Below are positions 9,062 through 18,638 of a stretch of 64,000 nucleotides of DNA, one piece after another. Source of the DNA: an uncultured virus (IMG/VR IMGVR_UViG_3300042558_004670) (Duplodnaviria; Heunggongvirae; Uroviricota; Caudoviricetes); IMG/VR virus record IMGVR_UViG_3300042558_004670; one strand, given 5' to 3'. The translations under genes were made by a program, and so were the position numbers. Below the pieces are notes generated by a model. The model saw only the letters and a list, made by a program, of their open reading frames with translations. It did no database searches and was not told the origin of the DNA. The stretch's first letter is position 1; every line of letters starts with the position of its first letter.

Positions 9062-9706
9062 TCAAAGGTCGTCAGCTCTTTGTTTGTTGCAGTCGTCGCA
9101 GATCGCCACGAGGGAGTAGTCTCCGTATCGGTCGCTGTTGTAGGCGTCTGGCTGCATCTTCCCGTCGTCGCAGAGGCATTGGTTGCACGTCACGAAATCC
9201 TTTGGTGGGGCAGACGGTGGAAGGGTCCCCAGACGCCCTGTGACTGTCCCTGCTGGACGAACCACACGAACGCCATCTGGGACAACCAGCACAAGGCCAT
9301 CATCGTCACGGGCGATGCTGATTTCAACTTGCATCGCCTCCGTCCACTCATGCCACTCATCCTTCCTGTTGATGGCGGCAACCAGCTGGACACCATTCTT
9401 CTTTCGCACAACCACGATCTCTTCATCGTCTGCCGGTTCTCCGGTGCACCCCATCTGTGTGAGGAGTTCCAAGAACCACACGAACTCCTTCACAGAGGGA
9501 GTCGTTGCACTGTCCTCCCCAACTGGCGGCGTGAGTTTGAGCGTGGAGAACAGGTCGTAGCTCAGTGTTCCTTTCCGAAAGGCTTCGTTGACAATTGTGC
9601 TCGCGGAGAGAAGGGCAAACGTGCGCGGGGAGAAGATGTCCTTCAGGCGTGTGACTACGCTCAAAACCGACACACCAGACAGCTTGAATGGGACTTCAAT
9701 GTTCAT
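9062..9706 (-). CDS. Hypothetical protein with C-terminal CxxC pairs
   Basis: 214 aa, CNQC...CDDC. Confidence 0.6.
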   Translation of the reverse strand: MNIEVPFKLSGVSVLSVVTRLKDIFSPRTFALLSASTIVNEAFRKGTLSYDLFSTLKLTPPVGEDSATTPSVKEFVWFLELLTQMGCTGEPADDEEIVVVRKKNGVQLVAAINRKDEWHEWTEAMQVEISIARDDDGLVLVVPDGVRVVRPAGTVTGRLGTLPPSAPPKDFVTCNQCLCDDGKMQPDAYNSDRYGDYSLVAICDDCNKQRADDL

Positions 9707-10473
9707 TGTGCACTTTCTTCCTTGACTTCAAGGACACCTTTGATGTCGATCGCAAAGAGGCGTTTTGCGCAGTCCTTCCCAACACGAAGCGAAGCAGGGC
9801 CAGACGGCGTCGTCAGGACCAGTGGCACACGACCAGTCTTGATGCCGTGCCCACACGCCTCACATTGGTGAAAGCCTGAGAAGCGTGAGGTACCATGGCG
9901 CGTTCCTTCCGGCCATTCAATGACGAAGTGCGGCTGTACCTGCCCGTCAACAACGACCATGACTGGCTTCATTGGTGCCATATTGACATCAGTAGCGTCA
10001 AACCCGGCCAGCGTCTTCTGCTGCGTTGGGCTCAGACCTGACTTGGTGATCACAGGCTTCGGGCGAACACTGTCAAGGTAGCTGATCGCTTCCACGACGG
10101 GAAGGAAGGCTTCCTTGTAACGTGTGTACATGTCGACCATTGGCTTCTCATGGTCCATTTTCGGTTCAACAGTGTCATGCTTTGGAAGCTGTTCGAACAA
10201 GCCAAACATGAGCACGTGGCCAAGGGACCACATCTTCTGGTTGTGATCACGATCTTCGCCACCGCCCAGAAGTGACCCGTGTTCTGCCTCATAGGCGTAG
10301 GCGAACTTGTGGGTCACGTTGGTCTTGTTCAACGCTGCACGCACAGTCCGCGACCCAGCTACCCACTCACCGTTCTCCAGAGACTCTTCAATCGTCTTGA
10401 GGGCAGATTGAGCCTTCTCGTATGATTTGCCCGTGAAGAAGCTGAGGACTGCACTGGTATTGATCTTGTTCAT
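9703..10473 (-). CDS. Hypothetical protein with C-terminal Zn ribbon
   Basis: CEACGHGIK...VGKDC. Confidence 0.65.
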   Translation of the reverse strand: MNKINTSAVLSFFTGKSYEKAQSALKTIEESLENGEWVAGSRTVRAALNKTNVTHKFAYAYEAEHGSLLGGGEDRDHNQKMWSLGHVLMFGLFEQLPKHDTVEPKMDHEKPMVDMYTRYKEAFLPVVEAISYLDSVRPKPVITKSGLSPTQQKTLAGFDATDVNMAPMKPVMVVVDGQVQPHFVIEWPEGTRHGTSRFSGFHQCEACGHGIKTGRVPLVLTTPSGPASLRVGKDCAKRLFAIDIKGVLEVKEESAQ

Positions 10474-10505
10474 CGGGCACCACTTTCAGGCAAGACAGGA
10501 AGAGT

Positions 10506-10784
10506 TCAGACGGCTTTGCGTGCCCACGTGCTCTTGGCGTAGACGAGCTTCCCGTCACGCCGAAGCTTTTGGAGCGCCCGGTCAAAGACACGGGAGAGCG
10601 GAAGCCCGTCTTTGGTGTACACTTGTCGAACTGTGTCTGCGTGGCCATCCAATACGCGGCGAGCGCGAACAAGAGACCGCAGGGTAATCTTTTCCCCAAC
10701 CTTTTCGCCGTCTTCGATGCACTTCATAACGTCAGCAATCGCGGCGGCAACTGCTTCGTTCGTCGTCATCTCGTTGATCTTCAT
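10506..10784 (-). CDS. Hypothetical protein, winged-helix-like
   Basis: RVFDRALQKLRRDGKLVY; GAGG RBS. Confidence 0.55.
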   Translation of the reverse strand: MKINEMTTNEAVAAAIADVMKCIEDGEKVGEKITLRSLVRARRVLDGHADTVRQVYTKDGLPLSRVFDRALQKLRRDGKLVYAKSTWARKAV

Positions 10785-10793
10785 GGCCGTACC

Positions 10794-11192
10794 TCAGTGG
10801 ACGTTGAAAGAGATGCCGTGGTTGACACCACCGCAGGAGCACTCGCAAATGTGGTTTTTGCTGTTGAGGCAGCTCGCATTGCACACATGGCCAGCCTTGA
10901 GGATGGCGTGCACCTGCTGAAGTTCAACCAGCTCAGGGAGGTCTTTGCAGCCACAAACCACAACCACACTCACGCTGTTGAGGACACCCGGAAGCATCAA
11001 CCCGGAAGCAGCTTGGAACATCGCGTCAAGGCGCTTACCACTCTGAGTCTTGCGGCAGTTGAAGGGAACGCCTGCGTCGTGGTCGATACGAACGAACCGA
11101 GCCATGACCGAGAAGGCACGCTTACATGCTTTGCACTTCCCGACATGGCGACGAAGTGGGCGGGCTTCAGGGGAGGCGACAGCGTGGTCCAT
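10794..11192 (-). CDS. Cys-rich putative Zn-binding protein (leaderless; paralogue of 5426..5818)
   Basis: CNASCLNSKNHICECSCGGVNHG; TTGACA-N16-TATGCT-N6-ATG. Confidence 0.6.
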   Translation of the reverse strand: MDHAVASPEARPLRRHVGKCKACKRAFSVMARFVRIDHDAGVPFNCRKTQSGKRLDAMFQAASGLMLPGVLNSVSVVVVCGCKDLPELVELQQVHAILKAGHVCNASCLNSKNHICECSCGGVNHGISFNVH

Positions 11193-11243
11193 GTGCGCAG
11201 CATACGCTGCTACACTGATCTGTCAAGCACAGTTGACGCGTTG

Positions 11244-11846
11244 CTACTTCTTCTTCCGGGAGATCTGGCGAATGAGACTGGACACCTCTTTGAGGTGGTT
11301 CACCGTATCGCGCGCCGCAGTCCACTCTTCTGCTGAGAACGACACGGTTCCGTTTTGGTTACGCCCTACAAGGTCAAGGCACTCAGACAAGGCTGGGTGC
11401 GGGTGCACACCGCTTGCAGCCTCCACTGCCGCAATCGGTAGCAGCTTCAGGAGGAGCTTGCGATCCTCTGGCCCTGCTACCGAGACTTCCTCTTCCTCCT
11501 GTACCTCTGGGAGTAGCACAGTCACGCCAGCAGCTTTCGCAAGAGTCGTCATTGACATCGTTCCCCTACCTCCCGGAAAAGCCACAACCATGTCGGGCTT
11601 CCCGTCAACGAGCATTTGTTTGTTGCGGATGAACCCTGCGGACTTGCCATGCTTTTCCCAGTCAGCTGGACAAGCCAATTGTGGGATGCCCTCTTGTTTG
11701 GCCCACCGCTTGGCCAACGTGTCTGCCCCACGGGCATCCCCATGGATGACCTGTGTGAAGTCGTACTGCTTGTGTAGCTTGTCCAACCAGTCGAACACGA
11801 AGTGTTCGTCCTGAAAGTCCCGGCCACCACAGACGAGTACCTTCAT
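11244..11846 (-). CDS. YspA/DUF2493-type SLOG family protein with C-terminal extension
   Basis: MKVLVCGGRDF, IHGDARGAD, ADWEKHGKSAGFIRNKQM, VAFPGGRGT. Confidence 0.85.
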   Translation of the reverse strand: MKVLVCGGRDFQDEHFVFDWLDKLHKQYDFTQVIHGDARGADTLAKRWAKQEGIPQLACPADWEKHGKSAGFIRNKQMLVDGKPDMVVAFPGGRGTMSMTTLAKAAGVTVLLPEVQEEEEVSVAGPEDRKLLLKLLPIAAVEAASGVHPHPALSECLDLVGRNQNGTVSFSAEEWTAARDTVNHLKEVSSLIRQISRKKK

Positions 11847-12355
11847 GCCAGCAGCGCCGATTCAAGGCGTACCATTGCACCTTGGTACTTCTCCAGCAGA
11901 CGAGACTGTACAGCAAGAGGAAGGAATGACATGCGGCTCACACAGCTGTTGTGCATGATGTCTGCCATCTTCACCAGCATAGCATCTCGATTCTCGGACG
12001 CGATGATATTGGAGATGAAGCGCGGGTACGTTACTCCTTTCGCCTTCGTCAGAAGAACAACGACGTCCACTACCTCCTTCGGAAAGGTTGCGTACAACTC
12101 TTCCACTGTGATGTGGGTGTCTTCCAGCACGTCATGCAGGAGCGCAGCGGTCTCCGCAACCGTGGTCGTATCACCTGAGCGGTACTTCTGGTTGAAGACA
12201 AGGCTGTTGCGAACGATCTCCGCCACGGTGATTGGGTGCTCAGCGTAGTCCCTCCCCAGCTTATCCTTCTGTCCGGAGTGGGCATGCTGTGCAAACAGCA
12301 CCGTTTGCTGAAAGCTCAAAGGGCCGGGTCCATGAGGTTGTTGTTTCTGCTTCAT
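11843..12355 (-). CDS. HD-domain hydrolase, Mesh1/SpoT-like small alarmone hydrolase family
   Basis: AHSGQKDKLGRDYAEHP, AALLHDVLEDT, VKMADIMHN; start re-called at MKQKQQ. Confidence 0.8.
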   Translation of the reverse strand: MKQKQQPHGPGPLSFQQTVLFAQHAHSGQKDKLGRDYAEHPITVAEIVRNSLVFNQKYRSGDTTTVAETAALLHDVLEDTHITVEELYATFPKEVVDVVVLLTKAKGVTYPRFISNIIASENRDAMLVKMADIMHNSCVSRMSFLPLAVQSRLLEKYQGAMVRLESALLA

Positions 12356-12613
12356 AACGCTTTCTCCGCTGTGCGATTTGTTGACGCATTTCCCAAAGAG
12401 GGTGGCACGGGTCGGTGTTTGTCGCCCCAAGGCGGGACGCTTTCCTTGCCCGACGGCGGGCACGATGCCGGCTGACGAGATCCCCATCGAACACCTCGGA
12501 GTGAGGCAAGTCGATGTGCACCCCATCAATCAAGAAGGTCCAGAGCACCCGGACAGCAGCAGGAGGTCGTCGACGGAGCCACGCCGGCTCAAAAAAGTCT
12601 TTGGCGAACAAGG

Positions 12614-12934
12614 TCACGCTTGCTTCCCCCGGATAACAGTGACAGCAGCGGAGACTACCTCCCGGTCGATGACGCCTTCGGCTGGGACCCCAGACGCGCG
12701 AAGTGCATTGCGGAGGCGAGAGACCCACCAGCTACTCTCATGCAGGATGTCCGGAACCTCTACCTCTACCCCCAAGCACTCCATCGTTTCTGGAGGCTCA
12801 CCGGAAGAGCGGCCAATCGTGAACCCCATCTTGAATGCTTCGCGCACAAGATAGGCACGGTGCATCTTCCCCAACCTGATCTCAATCAGGATGATTGCAA
12901 TAACAAACACGGCAGCCAAAGCGAGATTGGACAT
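12614..12934 (-). CDS. Membrane-anchored hypothetical protein
   Basis: N-terminal hydrophobic helix LALAAVFVIAIILI. Confidence 0.55.
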   Translation of the reverse strand: MSNLALAAVFVIAIILIEIRLGKMHRAYLVREAFKMGFTIGRSSGEPPETMECLGVEVEVPDILHESSWWVSRLRNALRASGVPAEGVIDREVVSAAVTVIRGKQA

Positions 12935-12982
12935 GGAGAGTACCTTGTTCAGTTTATTGGCCGAGTTCCACACGCATGGAAC

Positions 12983-13384
12983 TTAGGTAGTTTGTGGAAC
13001 TGGGTCGTGGAACTCCACCAGCACCCACACGTCACCTGCTGTCACTCGGCTCATGTAGCGAAGTTGCCCACCACGGACAGACCAGTCATGGATGTGGTCT
13101 TCAAAGAAGACGGTCACGTCGTGCTGGAGGGGGATGGACATCGGGTCCATCGGTGGCGGAGAAGCCGGGTCTTGGTACAGGCCCCGGCTCTCTGACAACA
13201 GCGTGTAGAGCTGACGGATGCCCGGTGGTGCAGGGACGGGAAGAGCCCCCTCTACCATTCCACGAGAAGCACGGGTCTTGTCTTCCGGGATCCACAGGTA
13301 CTCCCGGCGAATGGTCACAGGGACACACGCGTGTGTCTCCAGCACGTGGGCAGGCATGTACTTGAGGCATCGTTCACAGCGCAT
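12983..13384 (-). CDS. Hypothetical protein (leaderless)
   Basis: TTGACA-N17-TACCTT-N6-ATG; N-terminal CERC..H..C. Confidence 0.55.
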   Translation of the reverse strand: MRCERCLKYMPAHVLETHACVPVTIRREYLWIPEDKTRASRGMVEGALPVPAPPGIRQLYTLLSESRGLYQDPASPPPMDPMSIPLQHDVTVFFEDHIHDWSVRGGQLRYMSRVTAGDVWVLVEFHDPVPQTT

Positions 13385-13414
13385 GGCCACAAGGTAGGCA
13401 GGAACTGTGATCCT

Positions 13415-13484
13415 GTCAACCGTAGTTTACGGGCCAGATCCAACCGTCAATCACACTTGACACATCTTGCCGGTTGCGTATTGT
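13415..13484. promoter_or_regulatory. Back-to-back dyad promoters driving divergent genes
   Basis: GTCAA-N6-TTTAC at 13415 and GTCAA-N6-TTGAC at 13446; + strand TTGACA-N16-TATTGT-N6-ATG(13491). Confidence 0.65.
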
Positions 13485-13490
13485 GCCCGT

Positions 13491-13700
13491 ATGCGCTGCA
13501 TCATCTACCCCCTTTCGAACGCCACTGAACAAGTCGGCCTTCCGCGCTCCAACAAGTGGGCACTGGGGAAAGTGGAAGACGATGACACGGTCAGCTTCAA
13601 GTACGCTGCCCGCACCAAACGACAGCTGGTCGATATGGCAGCTGAGAAAGGATGGGAAGTCGTTGCTGACCGACATTTTTCATACGCTCGCTGCCCGTGA
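13491..13700 (+). CDS. Hypothetical protein (leaderless)
   Basis: MRCIIYPL... starts 6 nt after the -10 box. Confidence 0.5.
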   Translation: MRCIIYPLSNATEQVGLPRSNKWALGKVEDDDTVSFKYAARTKRQLVDMAAEKGWEVVADRHFSYARCP

Positions 13701-13928
13701 TGCGGCGGTAAAGCCCCTGCCAGTCAAGAGGGTTGTAGTTGTTTCCGTTCGCTCCCCCACAAAGGAAGGTGCGACACCACGACGCTTCTACACGGAAGCA
13801 CTCGCCGCAGCTGTGATGGCACGGGCATCCCGTCTTGGGGTTCCTGTCTGGCTGGAGTGGACAATCCTGAAACTCAACCGCTTTGAACGCGCAAACCTCA
13901 ACCGCCTTGGAAAGAGAAGGAAGTCGTC

Positions 13929-14219
13929 ATGATGGACCCGCCTTGGAAAGACAACCCAGAAGAACTCTCAGATGCTGACCTTGCCACAGCTTGTGCAGCA
14001 GCACGTGACCAACTGGCAAAGCTCTCGGCGGAAGCTTGCAAGCGGGATAAGGCCAAGCGGGAGACGCTTGCTGTGTACTTGAACCAGCAGAAGGTTCGCT
14101 ACGACAAGTACCTCTCTCGAATCAGTGTGCTCAAAAATAAGGTGATGGACGGGCAACACATCTCCTTCGACACTGACGAAATCGACTACTTCATTCAGAC
14201 AGGAGATTGGCACAAATGA
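13929..14219 (+). CDS. Hypothetical protein
   Basis: 96 aa ORF in operon. Confidence 0.55.
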   Translation: MMDPPWKDNPEELSDADLATACAAARDQLAKLSAEACKRDKAKRETLAVYLNQQKVRYDKYLSRISVLKNKVMDGQHISFDTDEIDYFIQTGDWHK

Positions 14220-14614
14220 AGAACACACCTGTGAAAGGGAGCACCGAAACTCCCTTGGAGCAACTTTCAGAGGAAGCATTTGAGGCGCAAGAACAGCTGC
14301 TGCGCAAACAGCAGGATCGACTTGTCGCAGAGAGGAAACGTCGGACAGAGATCAAAAAGCAGAAGGAACGGGAGGAACGGGAACAGAAGCTCGCCCCGCT
14401 GTTCTCACTTGAGAGCGAAGCATTCCTTGCCATGATCACGGCATTCGGAATTGAGCACATCAAGGACGGGTGCAGCGATGACCGGACGTACAACAGCCAT
14501 TGCGAGAGAGGTGACGACTACCCCCAGTGCCCCCGGTGCTACTTGGTCGAGAAGCATCGCTGTGATGACGCGAGCGAGATCGTTCTGGGCGCATCCCTCA
14601 GCATCTACACCTGA
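14216..14614 (+). CDS. Hypothetical coiled-coil protein
   Basis: ATGA overlap; charged helix followed by a Cys motif. Confidence 0.55.
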   Translation: MKNTPVKGSTETPLEQLSEEAFEAQEQLLRKQQDRLVAERKRRTEIKKQKEREEREQKLAPLFSLESEAFLAMITAFGIEHIKDGCSDDRTYNSHCERGDDYPQCPRCYLVEKHRCDDASEIVLGASLSIYT

Positions 14615-14694
14615 TCTGTAAACTGCCCTTGACGCTCCGTGCTGGTTGGCTATTGTCTCTTTGTCGATAGCAGCCAACCAGCACGGAGAACGCC

Positions 14695-15084
14695 ATGAAG
14701 CCAACCCCCGCCATGAACACCGCCGCCGCCGTTGTCGCTGCACTTGAGGCGGGTGACTACAGCCTCGCCCGCGTCTCGGTCTTCGGTTTCGGTGCTGATA
14801 TGGCGGCTCCCGGTGTTGAACGTGTGCTTCGCCGCCGCTTCGCCCGTGCCTTGGTGAACCTGATCGACCTGCACGAGGCAGCAGTTGCTTTGCGTGCTGC
14901 CAACGCGCCCACCGTTGCTGTGGACGACGATGACGCCGCTGCTGCGCGCGGGGCACACCTGATTGCCGCTGGTGTGAGTGCCGCCGTCTACGGCGCAGCA
15001 GAAGCTGTCAACGCGGCCCTGCTTTCGATGAACCTCGGTCGCCTCACTCCCCGCGTTGACGACATGAACCAGATCAACGCCTGA
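14695..15084 (+). CDS. Hypothetical Ala-rich protein
   Basis: Dyad promoter at 14618 and GGAGAACGCCATG. Confidence 0.65.
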   Translation: MKPTPAMNTAAAVVAALEAGDYSLARVSVFGFGADMAAPGVERVLRRRFARALVNLIDLHEAAVALRAANAPTVAVDDDDAAAARGAHLIAAGVSAAVYGAAEAVNAALLSMNLGRLTPRVDDMNQINA

Positions 15085-15107
15085 ACCAACCGCTGAAGGA
15101 GAACGCC

Positions 15108-15467
15108 ATGTACCAAGACGTTGTTGATGGAAAATACAAGAGCAAGCTTCCCTACCCCTCCAAGCCGAAGAAGCCCAACACAAGTGTCAATGTGGAGAAG
15201 GCGACTGACGCGGACATCGCGGCTGTTCGCAAGGCCATTGCTGACTTCGAAGAGGCTGAAAAGGCGTACAAGAAGGCAGTGGACGCCTACCGCGCCGAGG
15301 AGTCTCGTCTTGCAGACGCCTTCAAGGCTGACCTTCTCTTGCGCTTTAACGTGACGAACAACCCAAAGGCAGACCTCTGCTTCCAGAAGAGTTGGGAGCG
15401 CGGCCACAGCGATGGGCTCACGGAAGTCTTCGACGTCTTCGAAGATCTTGTCGAACTCATCAAATGA
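15108..15467 (+). CDS. Hypothetical phage protein
   Basis: AAGGAGAACGCCATG; C-terminal SWERGHSDGLTEV...LVELIK. Confidence 0.7.
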   Translation: MYQDVVDGKYKSKLPYPSKPKKPNTSVNVEKATDADIAAVRKAIADFEEAEKAYKKAVDAYRAEESRLADAFKADLLLRFNVTNNPKADLCFQKSWERGHSDGLTEVFDVFEDLVELIK

Positions 15468-15498
15468 AAAGAGCCCCGGTTGTCCGGGGCTTCTTTCA
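15467..15498. terminator. Bidirectional intrinsic terminator
   Basis: AAAAG-AGCCCCGG-TTGT-CCGGGGCT-TCTTTC between convergent genes. Confidence 0.7.
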
Positions 15499-15984
15499 CT
15501 CGTCGACTGGCTTTCCGTCGACCCACTTCTTCTGTGGCCCAACCTTGCTCAGCATTTTGTTCACTTCTTGATGCAGGTCGTTCCACTCCTTCATGCTCTT
15601 TCCTCGGGAAAGGACCCTGTCTGCGCCCTCTGGGTCAACTTCGCAGTACGTGCGGGCCTCCTTCTCTGACACTTGCAGCAAGTCCTTCACCTTGCGAAGC
15701 AACTCGCACGCATCACCTGCAAGCAGGGACCAATCCCCCGCAGCAATGTCCATCTTGTTGCGCTCTTCTTCCAAGACAACCAACCGCTGCTTGATCGCGA
15801 CCTCGACGTTTGAGTTGCCAGTTGGGTGCTTCCCCTGTCCCAAGAGCAAGATGATGCTCTTCGCCGTGCCTTCCGCATCTGCTGCTTGGGAGCGCGCCAT
15901 CATCTGAATGCGCTCCTCCAGCACCTTGATTCGTGCCTCCTTGGCCTGCAACTCTTCGCCAAACTCTCCCGTGAAAAGACCCAT
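15496..15984 (-). CDS. Hypothetical coiled-coil protein
   Basis: MGLFTGEF after GGAG. Confidence 0.55.
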   Translation of the reverse strand: MGLFTGEFGEELQAKEARIKVLEERIQMMARSQAADAEGTAKSIILLLGQGKHPTGNSNVEVAIKQRLVVLEEERNKMDIAAGDWSLLAGDACELLRKVKDLLQVSEKEARTYCEVDPEGADRVLSRGKSMKEWNDLHQEVNKMLSKVGPQKKWVDGKPVDE

Positions 15985-16017
15985 GTGCGCTCCTACGTGT
16001 TTGCGCATACCTACAAG

Positions 16018-17340
16018 ATGCGAAAGACTTCCGCCACCACTCTCTCTGCTGGGACCCTGAAGCCACCACCGATGATGGTGAGGACCATTCAGGACCTTGT
16101 GCGGAAGACCTTCGCCTCGTGGTCGTTGTCGATCGTCACACAGCTGATTTCTGAGGTGGAGAAGCAGATCGCCCTGCTGGCCCCGTCAGCAGACACATCC
16201 GTACCACCGCCAAAGATCACACCCGCCATGATGAAGCGTGTTCGTGAGATCTGCGCCCAGATCGCCTCTGGTGAGGTGAGTGAACTTGTTCGTCGGCGTC
16301 TGCGCTCGCTCTACCCGGATCTCAAACTGGACGCACCAGACTCGATTCGCCTTGCGGGGAACTTGGAAAGCGCCAAGAACTTTGAAGCAGCCGACGACGA
16401 CGCGATCGCTTTCGCCCAGAAGATTCTGCGCGTCTATTCAGAGGAGAGCACAGCAGCCCGTGACGCTGTGATCGCCCTGCGCCGTTACCTTCAGGACGTC
16501 TCTGACGTGGAAAGGCGAAAGGGTGGCTCTTCTGACCACACCACCGACATGAACCTCATGGCTGCCAACAAACGCCTGAACGACATGCAGGCCTTCACTG
16601 AGTATCTGTCTGGTCTCGGTGGACAGGGCTTTTCTGGCATCAAGCGCACCACCAAGGGAAAACTCACCACAACGAAAGCACTCAAGGACGCAACTTCCGT
16701 GAAGGTGGAAGTCCCTGTCGACCTGTCAGGCCTACCTGCGAACTACCCAAAGTCAGCTTCCTTCCCATCAATCTTCCTTCACATGGTTCCAATGACCAAT
16801 GTGAATGGTGCATGGCAGGCACCAACCAAGACATTGACAATCACTGTCAATGAAGTGCCTACCAGCAGGGCTATGTTCGACAAAGAGATCGCCACCAAGA
16901 TGTCGACTGTCAAGCATGAGCTTGAGCACATGGTCCAGACCATCATGGCGGAGGAGTTGGAAAGCAAAGGTAAGAAGGCAGCTGCTACTCGTGTGGGTAC
17001 ACCGTATAACAGCAAGCACGGTGCCCTCCCGGAGAGCTATGCAATGAACTTTGAGCGGGTGAAGAAGAGCTACCCGGACGTTACAGAGCGGGAGGCATAC
17101 TACCTTGACCCTCGTGAGTTCTTCCCACAAATCGAAAGCGCTGTTGGTTATGCCTTGCACAGCTACAACGGCGTTGCCGGCGACAGCAAAGGCCTTCTGC
17201 TCCACTGGAAGCAGTTGACGGGGCTCGCACCCTCACCAACCATGTTCCCTTTCTACAAGTCGCTGAAGAAGTACGACAACCGACTCTACAAGAGGGCGGT
17301 TGTCGAGGGTTGGGATGAGATCTCCCGTTCTCTGAGCTGA
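16018..17340 (+). CDS. Zincin-like (HExxH) domain protein
   Basis: TVKHELEHMVQ and downstream YYLDPREF; start re-called at MRKTSA. Confidence 0.6.
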   Translation: MRKTSATTLSAGTLKPPPMMVRTIQDLVRKTFASWSLSIVTQLISEVEKQIALLAPSADTSVPPPKITPAMMKRVREICAQIASGEVSELVRRRLRSLYPDLKLDAPDSIRLAGNLESAKNFEAADDDAIAFAQKILRVYSEESTAARDAVIALRRYLQDVSDVERRKGGSSDHTTDMNLMAANKRLNDMQAFTEYLSGLGGQGFSGIKRTTKGKLTTTKALKDATSVKVEVPVDLSGLPANYPKSASFPSIFLHMVPMTNVNGAWQAPTKTLTITVNEVPTSRAMFDKEIATKMSTVKHELEHMVQTIMAEELESKGKKAAATRVGTPYNSKHGALPESYAMNFERVKKSYPDVTEREAYYLDPREFFPQIESAVGYALHSYNGVAGDSKGLLLHWKQLTGLAPSPTMFPFYKSLKKYDNRLYKRAVVEGWDEISRSLS

Positions 17341-17351
17341 CCTGAAAGACA

Positions 17352-17376
17352 ACGACCCGGAGGTTATCCGGGTCGT
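17352..17376. terminator. Hairpin between convergent genes
   Basis: ACGACCCGGA-GGTTA-TCCGGGTCGT. Confidence 0.5.
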
Positions 17377-17431
17377 CAAGGCGACGCTTTTTCACCACCC
17401 GGTTACCCGGCGCGCTGGTGGTCCCAGCAGC

Positions 17432-18079
17432 TTACTCCTCAATGAGGAAGAGAACAACCATCGGTTGTTTGCCATCGCTGTGGTAGACGTCAATCTCACT
17501 GACGTTGTCGTGCCTGACGTCAGACAGCTTAAACGAAACCTTCTTGGCATAGGTCAAGATCTCGTCCCCAAAGACCTCAAAAGCCTCTTTGGAAACGTTC
17601 GCTTTGTCCTGAGGAGTGATATTGCGCTCACTCTTCCCTTCAAGCGCCTTGAAGTTATATCCTCTGATGAAGACTTTGAAGCCGTCAAAAGTATCGAAAA
17701 GGCTTTCCTTGTCCTCTTGCTCCCACCTGAATGTGATGGTCGCCTTTGAGGTATCTGGCTTCGCTGGCGCCTCCTTGACGAGGCGGGGCGTGACCGCCTT
17801 CAAGACTTCTTTCAGCTTTGGGACGGACCGGAAAGCGATGGACTTGCCAGCGACGTGGAAGGTGGCCGCACCTGTATTCTTCCTCACGTTAACAAAGAAC
17901 AGGTCGTTCTCTCCTTGTTGGAATGAGTACGACACTTCCTTGGTATACTGCTGCTCCGACACTGTGACAGGGACACGCGTCAGCTTGTTCAGCTCCTCCA
18001 AAAGCTGGGGAACCCATACGGGCTTCCCCAGCAGGTTTTCGGCGGCGCGCAACAACTGGAGGACTTCACGGTGACTCAT
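17432..18079 (-). CDS. Hypothetical protein
   Basis: 215 aa; CATACT-N6-ATG upstream. Confidence 0.6.
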   Translation of the reverse strand: MSHREVLQLLRAAENLLGKPVWVPQLLEELNKLTRVPVTVSEQQYTKEVSYSFQQGENDLFFVNVRKNTGAATFHVAGKSIAFRSVPKLKEVLKAVTPRLVKEAPAKPDTSKATITFRWEQEDKESLFDTFDGFKVFIRGYNFKALEGKSERNITPQDKANVSKEAFEVFGDEILTYAKKVSFKLSDVRHDNVSEIDVYHSDGKQPMVVLFLIEE

Positions 18080-18092
18080 GTGACGAGTATGC

Positions 18093-18638
18093 TCACGCTT
18101 TCACAATCGTAACTTCTTTGCTTTGGCGATGGATCAGGAACACCTCCTTGTTGTCCAGCAACCACACCTGTTGGCGAATGGTCTTGTAGAGACGGCGCCG
18201 CTCGCGCTTTCGCTCCACAGCGGCCCTAAAAGCAGGACTCTCCTCCCACCGATCGCAGACATGGAAACCATCACCAATCGGGTCATGTGGGTGATAGCAA
18301 GCAGGAGCGCCACAGCTTGAGCAAGGTTCCGGGTTCTGTCGCAAGCACCACGGCCATTGCTCGTGTCCGCGTTCCACGTCACAAGTGCAATCCATGCTGG
18401 CGACAGCTTCTTTCTGTTCCTTGTAGGCAGCAACCGCTTCCATTGCTGCCTCACGGATCGTTGGTGCCTGCCCGTCAAAGGTGAACTCGCCGTAACTCAC
18501 ATGCCACCACCATTGGCTTGGTTCTGGCTGGAGGATTATGCGCAAGTTCCCCTTTTGATGGGCAAATCCATACCCACCACCCTCGTACGCTTCGTAGCGC
18601 ATGAACCTGCGTCCCAAGAGTGTTTTCGCCTGACTCAT
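18093..18638 (-). CDS. Hypothetical protein with Cys motifs
   Basis: Start re-called at MSQAKT, ATGA overlap. Confidence 0.55.
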   Translation of the reverse strand: MSQAKTLLGRRFMRYEAYEGGGYGFAHQKGNLRIILQPEPSQWWWHVSYGEFTFDGQAPTIREAAMEAVAAYKEQKEAVASMDCTCDVERGHEQWPWCLRQNPEPCSSCGAPACYHPHDPIGDGFHVCDRWEESPAFRAAVERKRERRRLYKTIRQQVWLLDNKEVFLIHRQSKEVTIVKA

